Part shown: piece after piece, positions 1-11,000 of the stretch
Layout: each line of letters opens with the position of its first letter
How positions within the stretch are numbered: the first letter of the stretch is position 1
DNA from: a virus
DNA: 64,000 bases
Virus record (IMG/VR): IMGVR_UViG_3300032245_001170
Coordinates: 1 to 64,000 of that record
Reading direction: 5' to 3' (one strand)
The notes under the pieces: generated by a model
Told to the model about the DNA's origin: nothing
Database searches by the model: none
The model's input: the letters and a program-made list of their open reading frames with translations, nothing else
Made by a program: the position numbers and the translations under genes

Positions 1-27
1 GACCGAGGCAAGGGAATCTTCGGGTAA
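1..27 (+). CDS. 3' end of upstream gene (…DRGKGIFG*), possibly capsid scaffold; truncated by window edge
   Basis: Open frame to TAA at 25-27 directly upstream of the capsid gene; function inferred from position only. Confidence 0.4.
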   Translation, partial: DRGKGIFG

Positions 28-72
28 GAAGTTACCTAACCAATTAAAAACTAACTAAGGAGTAACACCGAC

Positions 73-1149
73 ATGGCATCAGCCGTAACAGGTACCGGCA
101 ATTTAGCCGCAGCACCTACCGCGTACTCTGGCTCCAACAGCCAGCTTACACAAGCAATTCAGACCATCTGGTCAAAGGAAATCCTTTTCCAGTCAATGCC
201 TATTCTTCGCTTCGAACAGTTCGCTGTTAAGAAGACAGAACTAGGAGTTGCACCAGGTCTTCAGATCAACTTTATGCGTTACAACAACCTCGGCTTCGCG
301 GGTTCACTCGTTGAAGGCGTTCGTATGCAGACAAACGCACTAACAGCACAGCAGTTCTCAATCACAGTTGCAGAGCATGGCTACGCAATTGCTGTATCAG
401 AACTACTACTAAACGCATCCTTTGATGACGTAATGGCTTCTGCCTCACGTCTTCTAGGCCGCAACATGGCTCTCTACCTAGATGGCCAGGCACGCGACAC
501 ACTCATGGCTGCATCTTCTGTGATCTACGGTTATGACCGCACATCACTTAACGCAGTTAACAACTGGTATGACTACGGTACAAAGGGCACATCACGTGCA
601 TCTCTTACCGGAGCATTCGACCTAACAACAGCTGTTGTTAAGGACGCAGTTGAAACACTAGCAACCAAGAACATCCCTCGCCTAGGTGAGACATATGTTG
701 CTTTCGTTCACCCACACCAGAGCCGTAAGCTTCGTGACAACCCAGAGTTCATCGAAGTAACAAAGTACGCAGCTCCAGGTAACTTCATGCTAGGTGAAAT
801 CGGCCGTCTATATGACACAGTATTCATTGAGACCACTCAAATTGAGAAGGTAACAAATGGAGCTGGTTCAGGATACTCAGCTGACACAGCAGTAGCAGCA
901 GGATCAATCGTTTACCCAACTGGTGGAGGATACACATCACCAGTAACAAAGACAGGTAACGGTAACAAGGATCGTTATACAGCTATCTTCATTGGAGATA
1001 ACGCATTCGGTCACGCAATCTCACTTCCAGTAGAACTCCGCGATGGTGGTATTCTAGACTTCGGTCGTGAGCACGCACTTGCTTGGTACGCAATCTACGG
1101 TCTAGGTCTGATCACAGATCAGTCTGTAGTTCTAGCAGAAACCAACTAA
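73..1149 (+). CDS. Major capsid protein, N4-gp56 family (HK97 fold)
   Basis: 358 aa; strong SD (TAAGGAG); motifs YVAFVHPHQ..LRDNPEF, GEIGRLYDTVFIET, D.GR…AW. Confidence 0.9.
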   Translation: MASAVTGTGNLAAAPTAYSGSNSQLTQAIQTIWSKEILFQSMPILRFEQFAVKKTELGVAPGLQINFMRYNNLGFAGSLVEGVRMQTNALTAQQFSITVAEHGYAIAVSELLLNASFDDVMASASRLLGRNMALYLDGQARDTLMAASSVIYGYDRTSLNAVNNWYDYGTKGTSRASLTGAFDLTTAVVKDAVETLATKNIPRLGETYVAFVHPHQSRKLRDNPEFIEVTKYAAPGNFMLGEIGRLYDTVFIETTQIEKVTNGAGSGYSADTAVAAGSIVYPTGGGYTSPVTKTGNGNKDRYTAIFIGDNAFGHAISLPVELRDGGILDFGREHALAWYAIYGLGLITDQSVVLAETN

Positions 1150-1160
1150 TTCAATCAGTC

Positions 1161-1188
1161 TGGGGGCGGGCCTTAAAATCCGCCCCCA
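1161..1188 (+). terminator. GC-rich stem-loop after capsid gene (no U-tract; partial terminator or mRNA stabiliser)
   Basis: TGGGGGCGG (1161-1169) pairs with CCGCCCCCA (1180-1188). Confidence 0.55.
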
Positions 1189-1215
1189 ACACAAACTTAC
1201 AGGAGAATAATAATC

Positions 1216-1581
1216 GTGGCAAAAGCAAAAGTAACAGACGTCACTGGACGTCAACGCGAAGAGCAAATTAAAGCTCACGCAGAAGAGCTTGCACAACGTG
1301 CAGGCGAAATGTCAATGGCTACTGCAAATGCTGCAGCTAAGCTAGAGACAGAAGTTGTGGATCTTACAGTTCCAAGCAATCCAACAGTTATTGACGAAGT
1401 CGAAACCGTAGGCGTAAGTCTTGCAGATGACTCACAAGTAATTCGTGTCGCTGAAGACCTAGATTTTGTAACAATTGGCGCAGGGAATCACTATTCCTTT
1501 AAAGCCGGACAGAAGTACAAAGTAGCAAAGCATGTTGCTCAGCACTTGCAAGAAAAGGGCTATTTGTACGATCGTCTCTAA
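1216..1581 (+). CDS. Hypothetical head-associated protein
   Basis: 121 aa; SD AGGAG, GTG start; follows capsid gene. Confidence 0.7.
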   Translation: MAKAKVTDVTGRQREEQIKAHAEELAQRAGEMSMATANAAAKLETEVVDLTVPSNPTVIDEVETVGVSLADDSQVIRVAEDLDFVTIGAGNHYSFKAGQKYKVAKHVAQHLQEKGYLYDRL

Positions 1582-1600
1582 GAGAGACACAATCTAGAAC

Positions 1601-1636
1601 GCCCTCATGGACAAGCCGCCCTTCGTCCATGAGGGC
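1601..1636 (+). terminator. 12-bp stem-loop, putative terminator or processing signal
   Basis: GCCCTCATGGAC / GTCCATGAGGGC perfect inverted repeat; weak U-tract. Confidence 0.55.
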
Positions 1637-1707
1637 CCTTAACGTTTGCGCTGACTTATGGAGATAATCACGGGATTATTTGAACATTAACTTCATCGGA
1701 GGAATCA

Positions 1708-2781
1708 GTGGCAACACTTGCAGCACTATCTGAACGTCTTCGCTTTGAACTTGGTGATCAGGGCAAGTCCTTTGTTGAAACCTTTAAGGGCGATGGGGTT
1801 ACTACCCGCTTTAATCTGACGACCTCTCCAGTAGACGGCGCAACTATGACCGTACGAGTAGGGTCAACTAACGTCTCAGGAACTACATCTGTAGAAGAAC
1901 GAACAGGCTTGATTGTATTAGCCTCCCCACCCAATGACGGGGTGATAGTTACCGTCTCAGGAACAACCTTTAAGTATTTTACTACCGCAGAAATTAACCA
2001 GTACATTACTACTGCTTTTGCCGAACATGCTAATGCCGCTACCGACACTAATGGTAGTAGAGCAACAATGCTTACGCTTCCAGTTATTGACGAATACCCA
2101 TTAGTTCTTTTAGCAACTACTATGGCTTTATACACACTAGCCACAGATGCTTCATTTGATATTGATATTATTTCTCCTGACGGGGTATCTATCCCACGTA
2201 CAGAGCGTTTCCGTCAGCTAACTGACATTATTAATCAACGTAAAGAACAGTATCGAGAACTATGTAATCTTCTTGGTATTGGTCTATACAAGATTGATGT
2301 ATTTAGTCTACGACGTATCAGCCGTATGACTAATAAACTTGTACCAATCTACAGACCACAGGAGATAGACGATGCTTCTCTTCCACAACGAGTACGGTTG
2401 TCACTCCCTGATTATGGAGATGTCACTCCCGAGGGTGACGTTATTAACAGGGACCTCTCTATGTATGCGGGAGACGACTTTGCTGTTAAGCTCAAATTCT
2501 CAATGGATCTCGCTACCTACACGCCTAAATCTCAACTACGCCTATTCCACACTGGGGGCCGTGCACAAGTAGGTCCAGTAATTGTTGGTGAGTTTGTAAT
2601 TACTAAACTTCAATCAACTGTTGGCGGTATCTATGACACTATTCAACTTGCACTTCCAGGATCAGTTACAAAAGAACTTCCATACGCCTGTTACTACGAT
2701 GTACAACTAACTGGTACAGATGGAAAGACCAGAACATTTATGACTGGAAAAGTCTTTACTGAGAAGCAGGTAACTCTGTAA
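1708..2781 (+). CDS. Putative head-tail adaptor/neck protein with accessory beta domains
   Basis: 357 aa; helical N-terminus ([11 protein letters not shown]), [10 protein letters not shown] insert, C-terminal Ig-like YYDVQL…GKV domain; position. Confidence 0.6.
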   Translation: MATLAALSERLRFELGDQGKSFVETFKGDGVTTRFNLTTSPVDGATMTVRVGSTNVSGTTSVEERTGLIVLASPPNDGVIVTVSGTTFKYFTTAEINQYITTAFAEHANAATDTNGSRATMLTLPVIDEYPLVLLATTMALYTLATDASFDIDIISPDGVSIPRTERFRQLTDIINQRKEQYRELCNLLGIGLYKIDVFSLRRISRMTNKLVPIYRPQEIDDASLPQRVRLSLPDYGDVTPEGDVINRDLSMYAGDDFAVKLKFSMDLATYTPKSQLRLFHTGGRAQVGPVIVGEFVITKLQSTVGGIYDTIQLALPGSVTKELPYACYYDVQLTGTDGKTRTFMTGKVFTEKQVTL

Positions 2782-3893
2782 TGGCCGATCCAGAGATCAT
2801 TGAGATAATTGAGCAACCTACAACAGTAATTACTATTGGTTCTGATCAAGCAGGTGCCACAGGTCCACAAGGTCCGATTGGACCTACGGGTCCGCAAGGT
2901 TTAACTGGTGCGACAGGACCTACTGGAGCAACAGGTGCACAAGGTGCAACAGGAGCTACTGGTGCAACTGGAGCTGCTTCTACAGTAACTGGTCCACAAG
3001 GACCGCAAGGAATTCAAGGACCAACTGGTCCAACAGGATCAACGGGACCTCAAGGTGCTGCATCAACTGTAACGGGACCTATTGGACATACTGGTCCTGC
3101 TGGACCAATGGGACCAACAGGTGCTCGTGGTGATGTTGGTGCAACAGGTGCAACAGGATCTACTGGCCCTACAGGAGCAGTCGGTGCTGTAGGACCTACT
3201 GGCGCACAAGGATTAACTGGAACTGCTGGAGCAACTGGTCCAACTGGACCAACTGGTGCTCGCGGTCAACAAGGCGTATCAATTAATTTTCGTGGATCAA
3301 CATCCACATTTAGTTCTTTACCTTCAGTCGGTAATGCAGTAAATGATGCATACCTAGTAAATGATGAGGGTGATCTTTATGTTTGGGACGGTGCTGCTTG
3401 GGATAACGTAGGACAGATTGTAGGCCCGCAAGGCGCTACTGGTCCTCGAGGATTTGAAGGACCTACTGGTCCTACTGGAGCAACTGGATCTGTTGGACCA
3501 ACTGGTGCCACGGGTGCAGCTAGCACAGTAACTGGACCTACAGGTCCAACTGGTGGTCTTGGACCAAGAGGTTTGCAAGGAGAAGTAGGACCTACTGGTT
3601 CTACAGGTCCTACAGGTTCTACTGGACCAACGGGTTCTCAAGGCGTAACTGGACCTACTGGAACACAAGGACCTACAGGTCCACTTGGTCCAACAGGTGC
3701 ACAAGGAATTATTGGTCCTACAGGATCTACTGGTCCAACTGGATCACAAGGTGTAACAGGACCAACAGGTCCGCAAGGTTTGCAAGGATTAACTGGTGCA
3801 GCAGGAAGTACAATACTTAACGTAGATGCAGGCGCTCCCAACACAAACTATGGCGGAGTAGATACTATTGATTGCGGAGGAGTTAACGGCTAA
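2781..3893 (+). CDS. Collagen-like fibre protein
   Basis: Long Gly-X-Y (GPT/GAT/GPQ) tract interrupted by one small knob domain. Confidence 0.9.
   Translation: MADPEIIEIIEQPTTVITIGSDQAGATGPQGPIGPTGPQGLTGATGPTGATGAQGATGATGATGAASTVTGPQGPQGIQGPTGPTGSTGPQGAASTVTGPIGHTGPAGPMGPTGARGDVGATGATGSTGPTGAVGAVGPTGAQGLTGTAGATGPTGPTGARGQQGVSINFRGSTSTFSSLPSVGNAVNDAYLVNDEGDLYVWDGAAWDNVGQIVGPQGATGPRGFEGPTGPTGATGSVGPTGATGAASTVTGPTGPTGGLGPRGLQGEVGPTGSTGPTGSTGPTGSQGVTGPTGTQGPTGPLGPTGAQGIIGPTGSTGPTGSQGVTGPTGPQGLQGLTGAAGSTILNVDAGAPNTNYGGVDTIDCGGVNG
2853..3807 (+). repeat. Coding 9-bp-period collagen (Gly-Pro-Thr) repeats
   Basis: GGN-CCN-ACN periodicity; boundaries approximate. Confidence 0.85.
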
Positions 3894-5194
3894 TGGCAGT
3901 TAAAGTACAGTTTAGACGTGGCACCGCAGCAGAATGGTCTGCAGCAAATCCCGTTCTTGCACAGGGTGAAGCCGGGTATGAATATGACACCGGTAAATTT
4001 AAAATTGGTAATGGCACACTTGCGTGGAGTTCATTATCTTATTCTTCTGGAGTTCAAGGACCTACTGGTCCATCAGGTCCATCAGGACCAACAGGTCCCG
4101 CATCAACAGTAACCGGCCCTACTGGCTCCACTGGTCCTACAGGACCCACCGGTCCGCAAGGAACTAGCATCAATGTTCGTGGAACAGTAGCCGCAGTAGT
4201 AAATCTTCCTGCTTCAGGAAACGCAGTTAATGATGCCTACATTGTTACTGCAAACGGTAACTTATATGTTTGGAATGGATCAACTTGGTCTAACGTTGGT
4301 GCAATTGTTGGGCCTGCAGGTGCAACAGGAGCAACGGGCCCTACTGGATTAACTGGACCTACTGGACCTACTGGACCAGTACCTTTTAGCTATGCAGGAA
4401 TTTATAATAGCGGTACTGCGTACGCTTTAAATCAAATTGTTTACTACTCAGGTTCAACTTGGATAAGAAAAAATGTACCGCTTGTAATTAGTGGCCTAAT
4501 GAACTTTGCGGGTCAAACATCAGTTCAACTAAACTCTGCAAATGCTGGGTTAGGTAACCCTGCTTGGGGCCCTGCAATTCAAGCAAACCCTACAAACTAT
4601 CAAATTACTTTTAACGGTGGGCTAACAGCTACTATTACTGGGGCTAGCGGAACCGCATCTCCAGGTGCTCAATGGACCTTTACAGGTGTCTGGCCAGCAA
4701 ATGCTACCGGCGCTCCATTTACAATTACTCAAATTGGTTTTACTGCTTACGCAGCTGGTCAAGCACCCGAGTCTTCAAGTAACTATTGGGAATTATTTGT
4801 TGCCGGAGGAACCGGCCCTACAGGCGCTACAGGAGCAGCGTCTACAGTTACTGGTCCTACAGGCCCATTAGGTCCAACAGGTCCTCAAGGATTACAAGGT
4901 CAGCTTGGACCAACAGGTCCTACTGGAGCTGCGTCTCAGGTAACAGGTCCAACAGGCCCAACTGGACCTACCGGTAATACTGGCCCTGCAGGTAAGTTTA
5001 CAGCTAGCTCAACAGCACCTAGCATTTCAACAGCTGCTGCTGGAGATGGCTGGTTTAACACTGAAACAGCAAAAACATACGTCTTCTTCAACAATGTCTG
5101 GACAGAAGTAGGTTCAGGAACAGTAGGTCCAACAGGCCCTGCAGGTGTTCCAGGAAATCTACAAATAGGCACAATGTGGTGGTTTGGAATTTAA
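3893..5194 (+). CDS. Collagen-like fibre protein with Mtd/hyaluronidase-type N-terminal domain
   Basis: [34 protein letters not shown]-terminus plus GPT repeats. Confidence 0.85.
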   Translation: MAVKVQFRRGTAAEWSAANPVLAQGEAGYEYDTGKFKIGNGTLAWSSLSYSSGVQGPTGPSGPSGPTGPASTVTGPTGSTGPTGPTGPQGTSINVRGTVAAVVNLPASGNAVNDAYIVTANGNLYVWNGSTWSNVGAIVGPAGATGATGPTGLTGPTGPTGPVPFSYAGIYNSGTAYALNQIVYYSGSTWIRKNVPLVISGLMNFAGQTSVQLNSANAGLGNPAWGPAIQANPTNYQITFNGGLTATITGASGTASPGAQWTFTGVWPANATGAPFTITQIGFTAYAAGQAPESSSNYWELFVAGGTGPTGATGAASTVTGPTGPLGPTGPQGLQGQLGPTGPTGAASQVTGPTGPTGPTGNTGPAGKFTASSTAPSISTAAAGDGWFNTETAKTYVFFNNVWTEVGSGTVGPTGPAGVPGNLQIGTMWWFGI

Positions 5195-5269
5195 AGGTAA
5201 GTATACCCCGTAAAAAAATGCAATAACAAGTATCTTGTACTAGGTGCAGGTAAAGAGAGGTAAAAATCA

Positions 5270-8071
5270 ATGCCAGGTTTTCTAGGCGGTAGTTCAGGCA
5301 GTGGCACAGGCGGAGAAATCCGTTTCCCAGCCGAATTAATTGATCCGGTTACCAAGCTCCGTGTCTCCGAACCGCAGACACTTATTGATACCGACTTTGA
5401 GTATGGTCTACAGCCTACCAAGTGGGAAACAGTTGAGCTTATTAACAACACTCCATCGTTCTTTTCTAAGAGCGGTGATACAACCATCCCTAATATTGAG
5501 GCAATCACTACAACTGCAACCTCTCGTGAAATCAAAGTAACAACTGCTTTAGCTCACGGACTTGCTGTTGGTATCCCAATCAACGTAAGCGGTACTAAAT
5601 CTCTTACTGCTGATGGTTCTTATATTATTAACTCTGTTCCTACACCAACTACTTTTACATACCTATGTAAGCAAAATCAAGCGGATGCGTCTTCTATTGA
5701 AGACTTGTATACATCTATTATTACTGGTGAGTTCTTTCAAGGATCACAGATTAAGATTGCTGATTCTGACGGTATTGTTACTGACGCTCAAGGAGCATCT
5801 ACTCTAACCGTAAAGACTGAGTCTCCACACGGTTTTGGTCTTGCTACCCCATTCTATTTCCTAAACCTTAACTCAACAGTTTCTCAAGAGTTTGACTCTT
5901 CTAATACAAGCTCTAAAGCATTTGATGCTTCTAACTCTGCTACTGCTCAAGTATTTGACGGCTCTAACACTCTTACTTCATATCGACTTGACTTAGATAA
6001 CAATGCAGTGTCTACAGGAACTGTTAGCTCAATCTCAACTTACAACCCAACCCTTAATACAATTACTGTATCTCATACAACAGAGAACTTCTTAGGTTCT
6101 TCCGTAGGAACTCCCCTATACCATAACGTAACAACTGCTGGTGGGTACTTTGCTTCTAATCCTAGAGGCGTTGTATTTTTAAAGTCATTAAACACTGCAA
6201 CAACAAATGGTTCTATCTTTACCGTAAGTCAAGTTCCTAATGGACCAGAAATAGCTATTACAAATGCTTTAACTGGAACATTTCAGTTAGCAAATGAAGC
6301 TCGTTTATTTGCAGGTAACAATATTAACACTGCGACAGAAACATCTATTACTTTAATTGAAGAATCAGAAAAAACTTTTAATGGTACAAATACTGGAGGG
6401 CAGTTTTTAAATAACTGCTCGTTTAGCGGATCTAACGTTACTGGAGCTAGCGGATCTGGAATTGCAAATTTAGATTTATACCAAGGTTTAATGGTTAAGT
6501 ATGAAACTACAGGTACGCCACCAACAATTAACGCTGGTGGAGATACTGTTAATGGCGGATCAACAACTTCCCTAGTAAACGGTCGTACATACTTTATTGA
6601 AAGTTTTTTCCAAATAGGAACCTCTATTAACTACGTAGTTGTTCTTAAAGAGTTTCCTACTAGCGCCTCTAATATTAACTTTACATCTACTGGTACTGGT
6701 ACACATAAGTTTACTGCTATTGGAGTTGCTACAGATAAAGACGTATTTCACGTAAAAAATCATGGCTACTCTGTGGGAGATATGCTTAGATACACTTATC
6801 CTAGTGGGGCGAGATTTTCTGTAAACACTCCAGTTACTGAAGAAAAAGACTATTATTTTGTTGAAAGACTTTATGGTACCCATAACTTCAACCTTAACTT
6901 TACTATCGGAGAGTTAACTCCAAAGTTACAAGAATTTATTGGACTTACTGCAAGCAGTTCTTCTGTTAATATTTCCTTTACAGCAAGTGGGTTCACTTCT
7001 CCGCTTACTTTTAGCGTAACTAGCGGTACTTTACCTGCAGGATTAACTTTAAATCCGTCTACGGGAAACATTACCGGAACCCCTACTTCAGCCTATTCCC
7101 AAGCAACCGTTAGAATTACTGTTGTAGATGCTGCAGCCTCTACTGATTTTGCTGACGTTACTTTTCAAATCAATCCCCCACCATTCTTGTACGATCAAGT
7201 ATCTGTTACCTTTACTCCGGGAGGAGCAACTGGGGCTAATGGACCGTCAGATGCACAGGCCAGGTCTGGTGCGGGAAGCCCTTCTTGGGGAAACACGTAC
7301 ATTAGTACATCCGCCGGAATTATTCTGTGGACAGTCGGAAGAACTGGCACATACAACTTTACTTTGGCTGGTGCACGAGGAGGTACTAACTCAGGTGGCG
7401 GCCAACAAGGCGGTCAAGGAGCAGTTGGTTTTATAAACGGAGTTTCTCTTACTCAAGGAGAAGTTCTTAGAATTGTAGTTGGTCAAGTAGGTAGCAATGG
7501 CCCTGGTTCTACCGGAGAAGAATCCGGTGGAGGTGGAGGAGCTACGTTTGTACAAAGAAACGGAAATGCATCTCCAATTGCAGTAGCTGGTGGCGGTGGC
7601 GGTGGTTCTGCAAACCAAACAGGTATGAGCACAACTTCCGATAACAGAGGTTTGGCAGCTCGTCTTTCTAACTCTGGATCTACTAGCGGCGGTACAGGAG
7701 CATACGCACAGTTTGTTAACGGTACTCACGAAGGTGGTGGAGGTGGAGGCTGGGCTTCTAATGGAACCTGGTGGGTTGGTGGAATTACAACTAACCGTTT
7801 AGGAAAAGCTCTTAACTCTAGCGCTCAAGGAGGAGTTGCTGGTGACGGCGGAGGTCAAGGCGGATTTGGCGGCGGAGGTCAAGGCGGAAGAAATAACGGA
7901 GCAGCCGGTGGTGGTGGAGGCTATCAAGGTGGCTGGGGTGGAGTTTATCAAGATCCCGGACAAGGTTCCTCAGGTACTGGTGGACAGTCTGGTTCTGGTG
8001 GTTGGGGATTTGGTCTTTCATACACAGGTTACAACAACGGTAACGGATACGTAACCGTTACGAGGGTATAA
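5270..8071 (+). CDS. Large virion structural/fibre protein with Ig-like and C-terminal glycine-rich domains
   Basis: 933 aa; KLRVSEPQTLIDTDFEYGLQPTKWE N-terminus, HG-repeat beta domains, putative Ig (GTLPAGLTLNPSTGNITGTPT), Gly-rich C-terminus. Confidence 0.8.
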   Translation: MPGFLGGSSGSGTGGEIRFPAELIDPVTKLRVSEPQTLIDTDFEYGLQPTKWETVELINNTPSFFSKSGDTTIPNIEAITTTATSREIKVTTALAHGLAVGIPINVSGTKSLTADGSYIINSVPTPTTFTYLCKQNQADASSIEDLYTSIITGEFFQGSQIKIADSDGIVTDAQGASTLTVKTESPHGFGLATPFYFLNLNSTVSQEFDSSNTSSKAFDASNSATAQVFDGSNTLTSYRLDLDNNAVSTGTVSSISTYNPTLNTITVSHTTENFLGSSVGTPLYHNVTTAGGYFASNPRGVVFLKSLNTATTNGSIFTVSQVPNGPEIAITNALTGTFQLANEARLFAGNNINTATETSITLIEESEKTFNGTNTGGQFLNNCSFSGSNVTGASGSGIANLDLYQGLMVKYETTGTPPTINAGGDTVNGGSTTSLVNGRTYFIESFFQIGTSINYVVVLKEFPTSASNINFTSTGTGTHKFTAIGVATDKDVFHVKNHGYSVGDMLRYTYPSGARFSVNTPVTEEKDYYFVERLYGTHNFNLNFTIGELTPKLQEFIGLTASSSSVNISFTASGFTSPLTFSVTSGTLPAGLTLNPSTGNITGTPTSAYSQATVRITVVDAAASTDFADVTFQINPPPFLYDQVSVTFTPGGATGANGPSDAQARSGAGSPSWGNTYISTSAGIILWTVGRTGTYNFTLAGARGGTNSGGGQQGGQGAVGFINGVSLTQGEVLRIVVGQVGSNGPGSTGEESGGGGGATFVQRNGNASPIAVAGGGGGGSANQTGMSTTSDNRGLAARLSNSGSTSGGTGAYAQFVNGTHEGGGGGGWASNGTWWVGGITTNRLGKALNSSAQGGVAGDGGGQGGFGGGGQGGRNNGAAGGGGGYQGGWGGVYQDPGQGSSGTGGQSGSGGWGFGLSYTGYNNGNGYVTVTRV

Positions 8072-8082
8072 GGAGATATACA

Positions 8083-11000
8083 GTGCCAATTAATATTACC
8101 GCAGCTGGTGGAGAAGGTACTCACTCTTTTGCCAAAACAAATGTAAACGTTGCTGAAGACTACATTTATTATAAGAATACTGGTGCGGATATTATCCCTG
8201 CCAACATGTCTTTAGGTAAAACCTTTATTTATACTCCTGGAGTAGGATCTCTTTCAGGAATTTCTTCTGGAGACCTGCTTTATGTCGTAACCTCTAACCC
8301 TAAACAACTCAAATTTAGTGCTAGCTCAGGTGGAGCAGCTGTAAATATTACTGCTGAGACCGCGGGATCAATTAAATTTAATACTCCAATTGTGTACGCT
8401 AATAAACTTAATATTGACGGACAAACAGCTAATCGTCAAGCAGTTAAGTACTTTACAGATAGCACTCCACTTACAGGGCTTGTTAGCGGCAGTACATACT
8501 TCTTGCGTAACGTTTCTATTTCTGACTTTGCTGGAGCTCAAGCTCTATATACCTTAACAAGCAACACCCATACATTTACAAGTGGAGGCGTAACAGGGGC
8601 TAATCCACCAACTATTGCACAACTTCGTGCAGCTTATACAACCGCCACTGCTTGGAGAGATACTTATCTTCGTCAAGGCGACTATCAAGGTTACCAAGAT
8701 TGGACAGTCCCTGTATCAGGTACTTACTCATTTAACGTAAAGGGTGCTTCGGGTTACGAAGGTTCTGGTGGTGGTGCTGCGGGACGAGGAGCAATTGTCG
8801 AAGGTCGTATACAGCTTACTAAAGGCGAAATTATTACAGTTGTTGTTGGACAAAGAGGTGCTGCACCATCCTCAGGAACTATTTGGGGAGGTTCTGGCGG
8901 TGGAACATTCGTTGTTCGTAAAACAGGTAAACAACCACTATTTATTGCTGGTGGAGGATCTGCAGATGCAAATGGTGCTGCAGGTAGAGACGGTCATTTA
9001 GGAAATATTGCCGCAACATCTACTTCAGGAATTGCTTCGGGCGGTAACACAGGTTTTGGTGGTCTTTCTACTCCGGGATATTCTGCTGGTGGAGGAGGGT
9101 TCCTGGGTGTTGGAGAAAATGCAACTACAGGTGAACTTGGAGGTGGAAGTTTCCAAAATGGTTTAGGAATTACCTCGTCTAACCTCAGAGTTGGAGGTTA
9201 CGGTGGCTTTGGTGGTGGAGGTCAATCAGACGGCCAACAACAGGGTCAGTCCGGAGGAGCCGGTGGCTATTCTGGTGGCGGTGGAGCTAGAAATACACTT
9301 CCACAACAAGCTGGTGGCGGTGGAGGTTCATTCATTACCACCCTTGCAACTAACGTAGCTACTTCTACAGGTCTTTGGGAAGGCTCTGCAACATTTGGCG
9401 CTGCGGGTGCTATTACTAACCTTAACGCCTATAACACAGGCGACGGAAACGTTGTAGTTTCTCTTGTAAACTCCTTTACAACTGGACACACTGTTCACCC
9501 AACAGCGGCAGATGCTGATGCAGGAACTAACGCAATTGCAATTGCTCCTGCTGGATCGTCTTTCCATGCATTTGTTCCTATCACGGTAGATCTTGGAAGT
9601 AACACTTTCCATTTTCCAGACGCACACAACCTTATTACTAACGATGCAATTACCTATACATCTAGTGGAACACTAGTTGGGGGTATGGCATTAAATACAA
9701 TCTACTATGTAGAAAAAATTAATAACTTTAGCTATCAAATTAGCGCATCTCCTACATTAACCCCTAAGGTAGATTTAACTACTCCAAGCTTTAGTACAGA
9801 CGATACCTTTGCTAAGGTAATCGTAAACATTGCCACAAATACTCTTACTATCCCATCCCACGGTTTCTTGGCTAATCAGCCAATTAGATACCAGACAAAT
9901 GGTGGAACACCTATTGCTCCACTACAAAACAACGCTACTTACTATGTAAAGCAAGTAGTAGACAATAACAACATTACTCTTAGCCAATCTCTAAACGGCC
10001 CAGTTATTGATCTAACTGCTGCTGGAACTGGCGTTGGTCACTCTTTCGTATACGTTGTTGTAAACATCGTAGAAGACAGTATTTACATTCCAGGTCACGA
10101 TTTAGTTACCGGACAAAGAGTTGTTTACTCTAACGGTGGAGGAACAGGAATTGGCGGACTAACTAACGGAGCCCAGTACTTTATTTTCAAGGTAGATAAC
10201 AACATTGTTAAACTATCTACAAATAAGGCTGGAACTGCAATTGTTAACCTAACCTCTGTAGGAACCGGTAACCATACCCTAACTACAGCCTCTGTAGACT
10301 TTGCAACAGAAACAATCTCTATCCCATCACACGGCTTTAGCCAAGGTGAATTGGTCCAGTATGACGCAGTAGGTCAGACAGCTATCGGAGGCTTAACCTC
10401 AGGTAACCCTTACTACATCATCCTGATTGACGGAGATAACATCAAGCTTGCTACCTCTCTTGAAAACGCTACATCTGGAACAGCGGTTAACTTAACCACT
10501 GCTGGTGTTGGACGTCACAGAATTTTATCTCTATCTAAATCCCCAGACGGAACTTACACAATTGCGTCTATTCCATCTCCAACTACCTTTACGGTATCCG
10601 CAGGAGGTTTTGTACCTGCAATTGTAAAAACCTTTACACCTCGTACAGTTATTGATACTCAACAAAATAACTTAAAGTTAGTTTCACACGGTTTCTTGAC
10701 TACTACAAAAGTTCGGTATAACAATAACGGTGGAACAAGTATTGGTGGCTTAACCCACAATACTGACTACTACGTAGTTGTTATCAACAAAGACTATGTT
10801 CGACTTGCAACAACTGCAGAAAACGCAGCATCTGGTGTTGTTATTTCCTTTACTGACTTTGGTGCTGGAGTAGACCATTCACTCACTAGCTTCCAAATTA
10901 ACGGAAACGTTACCGGTTCAGGTACAGTGTCCACTGCTTCTGGAGGAACTCTAGTTACAGGCTTTAATACAGCTTTCTCTAAGATTCTTAAGGTTGGAGA

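Noticed and set aside
1613-1624. Hairpin-loop segment CCGCCCTTC complementary to the start region of the gene at 44544
   Set aside because: A single 9-nt match is expected by chance in a window of this size.
2853-5160. Periodic DNA resembling an array
   Set aside because: Fully explained by Gly-X-Y coding with synonymous variation; no spacers.
3893-5194. Mtd-like N-terminus suggesting a diversity-generating retroelement
   Set aside because: No reverse transcriptase and no TR/VR repeat pair seen; this N-terminal domain is a generic fibre anchor.
8069-8085. Stop read-through fusing the two giant fibre ORFs
   Set aside because: ORFs are not in frame, no slippery site is evident, and the second has its own SD.
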